Below, piece by piece: positions 28,862 through 33,400 of a DNA stretch of 33,400 nucleotides. This stretch comes from a virus. Its lineage: Duplodnaviria; Caudoviricetes. The stretch covers positions 1-33,400 of the IMG/VR virus record IMGVR_UViG_3300012940_000316. The stretch is one strand, 5' to 3'. The position numbers were made by a program, and so were the translations under genes. Position 1 is the stretch's first letter. Every line of letters starts with the position of its first letter. The notes beneath the pieces are model-generated. The model saw nothing but the letters and a program-made list of their open reading frames with translations, searched no databases and had not been told where the DNA came from.

Positions 28862-30055
28862 CTAACCTCCTAATATATTATTATCCCCGTGGTTGCCAAG
28901 GACCTCGTAGTTTACACAGTCGGTCAACTTAACCGGATCTAGGGAAGGGTTATGACCATATCTCCAATAGTTACCCATCATTGAGATGTCCCTAAAGTTA
29001 TTAACCTCTACCACATGGGTAGGCTCAAAGTCGGTGCTGATGACGTTATTATTAATAAGAAGACCCTCAGCATAAAACCCAGGGTTAGGAGAAGTTCCGT
29101 CGAAACGGAAGATCGGATAAGGCCCATCCTGACTGGCCTGACGAATAATATTCCCATCAACCGTAATGGAAGCCCTCTCAGGAGCCGTTAGCCAGCTTGG
29201 CGCCGTATATAGAATAGACTCCTTACGTGGGCCCTCAAGAATATTATTTGTTATAATACACTCCCTAACCCCACCATCAAACCATATATTATGCTCAGGA
29301 GAGCGGTTACCATTCATGTGGTTACCAATGATACGGAACGGCCCACCTGATTTAATAACCACGTTAGTGCCTCGGGACTCTAGGTTATTATACATAACCC
29401 ATGAGTCAATAAACCGATACTCCAACTGTAGAGCATGTCCTACCTCTTCCCCTGTATCGGAGATATTATTATACATAAATCTATTCAGGAAACCTAAGTC
29501 ATCAGTGAACTCGCCTTCATTAAACCAAACAGCGATACCTGACCACCCAACAAACTCACAGAAGTCAATGGTGGACTTAGAGAAATGAGCCCGTATACAG
29601 GGTGATCCACGCATGTCTGCATCCATGGCTAGATTAGATATACGGCAGTTCTCCCACATTCCTGTGATCACAGGAGTATTATTAGTGCAACGTAGATAAG
29701 CTCCGCCTATCCATGGCTTACCTTCGGGGTCAAGTGCCCCATCACCAAAAGTATACCTAACCCCACGATATGACCAACTGGTAAGATGAACGTGTTCAAG
29801 ATATCGGTCAGTTATGCCTAAGGGCTTAGATAAGGTGTATGTACCCGGGGGTACCAAAACCGTTCCACCGCCCTTAGCATCCATATCTAATATAGCCCCC
29901 ATTATGGGTTCATAGGCATCTTTAACCCCAGTAGGGTCAGCTCCATAGTCAGTATAAACATCAGCTACATTTGTATTGCTTAGAGAGCCTCCACCCCTAC
30001 GGGCCAGCTCTATTAATGCCCTAATATCAGAAGCCGTCAGCGAAGCAAGTGACAC
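28862..30055 (-). CDS. right-handed beta-helix (pectate lyase-like) protein, first gene of the late operon
   Basis: DYGADPTGVKDAYE.I..AI...GGGTVLVPPGTY; IIGNH, ITNNI, VDGNI repeats; GTG start. Confidence 0.82.
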   Translation of the reverse strand: MSLASLTASDIRALIELARRGGGSLSNTNVADVYTDYGADPTGVKDAYEPIMGAILDMDAKGGGTVLVPPGTYTLSKPLGITDRYLEHVHLTSWSYRGVRYTFGDGALDPEGKPWIGGAYLRCTNNTPVITGMWENCRISNLAMDADMRGSPCIRAHFSKSTIDFCEFVGWSGIAVWFNEGEFTDDLGFLNRFMYNNISDTGEEVGHALQLEYRFIDSWVMYNNLESRGTNVVIKSGGPFRIIGNHMNGNRSPEHNIWFDGGVRECIITNNILEGPRKESILYTAPSWLTAPERASITVDGNIIRQASQDGPYPIFRFDGTSPNPGFYAEGLLINNNVISTDFEPTHVVEVNNFRDISMMGNYWRYGHNPSLDPVKLTDCVNYEVLGNHGDNNILGG

Positions 30056-30266
30056 GAAGATAATACCCCCCTACCTTTATAAAGTGGGTGCCCCTTTTAG
30101 CCCTTTTGATGGAGGGGCGTGACTCATGCTATTAGCACCGGCATGGCGTGTGGGCGCTCAGGCTGGGCTCACCCCCTAGGACATCTTGACACAATATATA
30201 GCGATGCTCCTACATAGACACCCTAACGCCAGCGGACCTCCCGCGGTTTTAACCCGAAGGAGGCTT
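30056..30266 (-). ncRNA. putative structured leader/ncRNA of the late transcript
   Basis: multiple nested complementary segments (see findings); no credible ORF; begins just downstream of a promoter. Confidence 0.45.
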
Positions 30267-30272
30267 ACCTAA

Positions 30273-30302
30273 ATATTACCATACCACAGGGGTATCCGTC
30301 AA
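30273..30302 (-). promoter_or_regulatory. leftward sigmaA-like promoter for the late operon
   Basis: minus strand TTGACG, 18 bp, TG-n-TAATAT. Confidence 0.6.
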
Positions 30303-30552
30303 GGGCTACCTATGACTCTTTGTCCTGCCTGATTTACTTTAGTCGATTAAAGCGGGTTACAGAGTTGGGTACAATTTGTGTAGGGCTATATTAATGAACA
30401 CCCCACCCCCATCAGGCCCCCCATACCCCCACCTCCTACCTACCTTCCAAGGGGGCCAATGGCGATAAAATTTTTCTTTCATGCTGGGCCCTGGCGATAA
30501 ATAAAATTTTTGGGCTCAATAAATGAAAATAAAAAATTCTTTTTTCAGAGCC

Positions 30553-30584
30553 TTGACAGTTAATTGTTAATGATTTATCATTAA
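30553..30584 (+). promoter_or_regulatory. early sigmaA promoter with palindromic box over -10 and A/T-rich UP element
   Basis: TTGACA (30553-30558), 17 bp, TATCAT (30576-30581); TTAATGATTTATCATTAA at 30567-30584. Confidence 0.8.
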
Positions 30585-30625
30585 ATACAGGTAGAAAAAA
30601 TTAAATGAAAAGGAATGATGGATGA

Positions 30626-31054
30626 ATGGTAACAAAACAGAATATGTCATCTGTACTAAAGAAACTTAACTTGGCTTGGGTTAAGTGGAAGCATGAAACA
30701 ACTCCTGTACAAGAAAAAGATGCACTAGAAGGCCTTATTAAAAAGATGCTGGAAAAGTACCAACTAGAAATGGACTGGAAAACAGGCCAAGTCAAAGAAG
30801 TAGGAAGCAAGCAGGAAACAAACAAGAAACAGGAAAAGCAGGAGCCCAAGAAGAAAACTGCCAAGAAAGGTATGTCAACTGGAGATTTGATTAAATTCAT
30901 TTTTGAAACATATCAAGATGAATGGACAGGTAAGAATTTAAGAAGAAAAATTCGCCAGATGGAAAAATGGAACGATGGCAAGATGACCCACTATGACTTT
31001 ACGGAAGAAGATGTTAAGGAAATACTTACTCACCTAGGCTATAAGGTATCCTAA
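30626..31054 (+). CDS. early protein with Lys-rich linker and C-terminal wHTH-like domain
   Basis: MSTGDLI...WTGKNLRRKIR...HYDF resembles the domain of 7389-7946. Confidence 0.65.
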   Translation: MVTKQNMSSVLKKLNLAWVKWKHETTPVQEKDALEGLIKKMLEKYQLEMDWKTGQVKEVGSKQETNKKQEKQEPKKKTAKKGMSTGDLIKFIFETYQDEWTGKNLRRKIRQMEKWNDGKMTHYDFTEEDVKEILTHLGYKVS

Positions 31055-31150
31055 CAGGATACCTGTCTTCCTAGCCATATCATTCATTGTGTAAAATGGT
31101 ATGGCTAGGAGGGGCTATATATGCCTACTAATTTATTGAGGTGAAGGAAA

Positions 31151-31330
31151 ATGTTAGTTGAAAAAGCATTGGAAGAGTTTGAAGCAGGGTGTATTTTGTT
31201 TGATGATGATGGCATGGAGGCGATGCATATAACTATTATGGCCTTTATAGAAGAAGAGAATGTAACAGATGAAGAACTAGCTATGATAGTCAGGGCTCTG
31301 GCAAAAAGATATAAGGAAAAATACAAATAA
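31151..31330 (+). CDS. small acidic early protein (59 aa, absent from the ORF track)
   Basis: GAGGTG RBS; MLVEKALEEFEAGCILFDDDGMEAMHITIMAFIEEENVTDEELAMIVRALAKRYKEKYK. Confidence 0.7.
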   Translation: MLVEKALEEFEAGCILFDDDGMEAMHITIMAFIEEENVTDEELAMIVRALAKRYKEKYK

Positions 31331-31394
31331 CACCGGAGGGGCTTGCTTGGATACAGGCAGGCTCCTTGTCATGCCACAGGAAGGAGGTGATTAC

Positions 31395-31571
31395 ATGAGG
31401 GCAGTTTTTATTGTGGCTTCGCGAGAGGAGTATGAAATGGTGGTAAAGGAGGTGGCATTGCATAATGGAAGTAATGACATGCCCCTTATACTATACCACA
31501 AAGGAAAAATTATTATCCCCAATGCCTCAGGTGATTTAGTTGTGGCTGTCTTAGAATTGCTAGAAAACTAG
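31395..31571 (+). CDS. small early hypothetical protein
   Basis: AAGGAGGTGA RBS before ATG 31395 (MRAVFIVAS...). Confidence 0.7.
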   Translation: MRAVFIVASREEYEMVVKEVALHNGSNDMPLILYHKGKIIIPNASGDLVVAVLELLEN

Positions 31572-31655
31572 CCCAAAACTCCTTCGGGGGTAGGAAATTG
31601 TCTGTATTTTATCATTATGTCGTATCATTAACAGCCCAAACAAAGGGAATGGACT

Positions 31656-31782
31656 TTCCATACAAAAGTCAAACAAAAGTCAAACAAAAGTCAAACATTC
31701 CATACAAACCGGTGCTTGTTTTCTGAATGTTTGTTTTGTTTGTATCTTTAATACAAACAAACAAACAAAAGAACAAACAAAA
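31656..31782. repeat. CAAA-rich repeat region: three tandem 11-mers plus an inverted repeat
   Basis: ACAAAAGTCAA at 31662, 31673, 31684; TTCCATACAAA at 31656 and 31698; TTGTTTGTAT-cttta-ATACAAACAA inverted repeat centred near 31748. Confidence 0.85.
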
Positions 31783-31975
31783 GGGGACACAAGGGCTAGG
31801 CTCTGGGATTAGGATCCGGAGGAATTATACAGAACACGAACTCCCGGGCGCATTTGGCCATACCCACACGCACATACACCCCATTCCTCCGGTGCCCAAA
31901 ATCCTCGACGATCGGCCGAAAGAACCGAACCAAGAAGAGGAGGTCAAGGCGATTGAAATTTTTAATCGAAAAGTA

Positions 31976-32006
31976 TTGACATGTGATTGTTAATGATTTA
32001 TCATTA
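31976..32006 (+). promoter_or_regulatory. second early sigmaA promoter with palindromic box over -10
   Basis: TTGACA (31976-31981), 17 bp, TATCAT (31999-32004); ATTGTTAATGATTTATCATTA identical to the 30553 promoter. Confidence 0.8.
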
Positions 32007-32044
32007 TCATTAGTAAGGATAAATGGCAGAAGGGAGGTAGACAT

Positions 32045-32185
32045 ATGGAAAAGGATGAATTGCAATCCCTGCTTAGGCTAGTGCACCAGCTTGCCTGTGA
32101 AGGGAATACTGATGCAATCCTCGAAGAAATTGAGCCACACATTGACACAAACTGGAAAGACCCAAAGGGGGAGTGGGAGTATTAA
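32045..32185 (+). CDS. small acidic early protein (46 aa, absent from the ORF track)
   Basis: GGGAGG RBS; MEKDELQSLLRLVHQLACEGNTDAILEEIEPHIDTNWKDPKGEWEY. Confidence 0.65.
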   Translation: MEKDELQSLLRLVHQLACEGNTDAILEEIEPHIDTNWKDPKGEWEY

Positions 32186-32222
32186 ACTCCCCTTCCATAT
32201 TAGGGGAAGGAGGTGAAGTTGA

Positions 32223-32315
32223 GTGAGGTTATTTGGGATTGTTATTGATGGTGTTCCACACATCGTCATCAAGTATAAGTCTGTGAGATATGCAAGACCC
32301 CTGAAAAAGAGCTAA
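32223..32315 (+). CDS. 30-aa basic peptide
   Basis: AAGGAGGTG RBS, GTG start; MRLFGIVIDGVPHIVIKYKSVRYARPLKKS. Confidence 0.45.
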   Translation: MRLFGIVIDGVPHIVIKYKSVRYARPLKKS

Positions 32316-32333
32316 TTATCCGGAGGTGATGAC

Positions 32334-32537
32334 ATGCAAGCACTAGCTGTTAAGTGTCGGTGGTGTAACTCAGAGCAGACCCTGTCTGTGAAACCAGAGG
32401 ACCTGCGCAAGTGGCAGAACGGGGAGCTGATACAGAGGGCGATGCCTTACCTTAAACCCTACGAGCGGGAGATACTCATAAGCGGTACCTGTGAAGGGTG
32501 TTATAAAAAACTGTTTGGAGATGATGAGGATGAATAA
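32334..32537 (+). CDS. small Zn-finger early protein
   Basis: CRWC...CEGC; LIQRAMPYLKPYEREILISG; GGAGGTGA RBS. Confidence 0.75.
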   Translation: MQALAVKCRWCNSEQTLSVKPEDLRKWQNGELIQRAMPYLKPYEREILISGTCEGCYKKLFGDDEDE

Positions 32538-32712
32538 GACCATCAGTACGGAGGCCGTCTTAGAACGGCTCTCCATCCTCCGGGGTTACCTGCTAGACAA
32601 TGCCCGGTTGCAGGAGGAGTCGGGGCATGTGTCACAGGCAGTAGTTACCCGGTCAGAGGCTAACGGCATTACACTGGCGATGGACGCGGTGAGGAAAGAA
32701 GCGGCGTTATGA
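32530..32712 (+). CDS. small helical early protein
   Basis: start MNKTIS overlapping the upstream stop. Confidence 0.55.
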   Translation: MNKTISTEAVLERLSILRGYLLDNARLQEESGHVSQAVVTRSEANGITLAMDAVRKEAAL

Positions 32713-32779
32713 GTAGTGCCTCGGGGCATTAGCTACGGCTAGTGCTTCGCACACTACCCATAACGAGGAGGTGATACGC

Positions 32780-32974
32780 ATGGCTAAAAAGAAGCGGGTC
32801 ATTGGGCCTATGATTATGAAGGATGCACGCGGTAGGGGCTTTTACATCGGCACGATGAAGTGGGACTGGGACTTCGGTAAGTATCTTCCTTATGAAAGGG
32901 AGAGTGACTTTTATCCCACAGCAGAGGAAGTTAACAATGTCCTAGCTGATAGGCTCATAAAAGACCTCCGGTAG
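32780..32974 (+). CDS. small early hypothetical protein
   Basis: GAGGAGGTGA RBS; GFYIGT...PYERESDFYPT.EE motif. Confidence 0.65.
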   Translation: MAKKKRVIGPMIMKDARGRGFYIGTMKWDWDFGKYLPYERESDFYPTAEEVNNVLADRLIKDLR

Positions 32975-33004
32975 GAGGCTGACTAAGAAAGGGGGGTGAT
33001 AAGG

Positions 33005-33160
33005 GTGAAGCCCTGTACTTGTAAAGGTCCCAGCGGCTTCACATTCCACAGTAGCACAGAAACCACACAGACCTGGATCCACGATAAGTGCGGTGGTTAT
33101 GTGGAGATGCCGTTCATAAGGAGGAAGGCACTTGAGCAGGATAGACAGCAGAAGAAATGA
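33005..33160 (+). CDS. small putative Zn-ribbon protein (51 aa, absent from the ORF track)
   Basis: GGGGGGTGA RBS, GTG start; MKPCTC...WIHDKCGG. Confidence 0.5.
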   Translation: MKPCTCKGPSGFTFHSSTETTQTWIHDKCGGYVEMPFIRRKALEQDRQQKK

Positions 33161-33272
33161 CCACGAGCCTTTAGATGATGATGGTGATTATATAACTAAG
33201 GGCGATATTATCTTTGGTGTCTTATTAATGATTGGTGTTATCTTATACGGTTTGATTATAGTCATGTACTGA
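33132..33272 (+). CDS. small single-pass membrane protein (46 aa)
   Basis: AAGGAGG RBS, TTG start; ...DIIFGVLLMIGVILYGLIIVMY. Confidence 0.5.
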   Translation: MSRIDSRRNDHEPLDDDGDYITKGDIIFGVLLMIGVILYGLIIVMY

Positions 33273-33350
33273 TCTCACTCGGGGTACTCACCGAGGGTGC
33301 CCTAGACGTACTACCACTCGTCCTCATTTATTAAAAAGGAGGAGATTGGT

Positions 33351-33400
33351 ATGTTAGCTATTCATGATAGATTGGCGGAACTGTATCAACTAAAACAGAA
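33351..33400 (+). CDS. 5' part of a hypothetical protein running off the window
   Basis: AAGGAGG RBS; MLAIHDRLAELYQLKQ. Confidence 0.55.
   Translation, partial: MLAIHDRLAELYQLKQ

Noticed and set aside
30056-30266. tRNA or known riboswitch
   Set aside because: No TTCGA T-loop/cloverleaf and no riboswitch consensus that I recognise
31727-31993. 88-aa + ORF and overlapping - ORF 31796-32065
   Set aside because: No RBS; they run through the CAAA repeats and a promoter, with low-complexity translation

Overview
This window is most of a lytic-looking, podovirus-like tailed phage of a Bacillota host, probably an S-layer-bearing Paenibacillaceae/Bacillaceae member (SLH-tipped endolysin, sigmaA promoters, strong GGAGG RBSs). 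The + strand 1-7950 carries a replication/recombination module: dCMP deaminase, a family A DNA polymerase fused to a family-4 uracil-DNA glycosylase, a Cas4/PD-(D/E)XK exonuclease, a Sak4-like ATPase, an SSB-like protein, a VRR-NUC resolvase, a Tad2/DUF2829 anti-Thoeris protein and two HTH proteins. The - strand 30055-8009 is one late operon: a beta-helix protein, terminase, portal, Zn-ribbon, scaffold, capsid, two more beta-helix proteins, podoviral tail and ejection proteins, and lysis genes. The + strand from 30626 carries small early genes. No integrase, tRNA or convincing CRISPR array is visible. The least explained signals are non-coding: a palindromic ATGAT-WW-ATCAT box in four sigmaA promoters, a heavily base-paired ~210-nt late leader RNA, an exact 24-nt tandem motif before the scaffold gene, a G-quadruplex-forming tract between the divergent promoters, and an iteron-like CAAA repeat region. 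All calls come from motif reading by eye; no database search was run.
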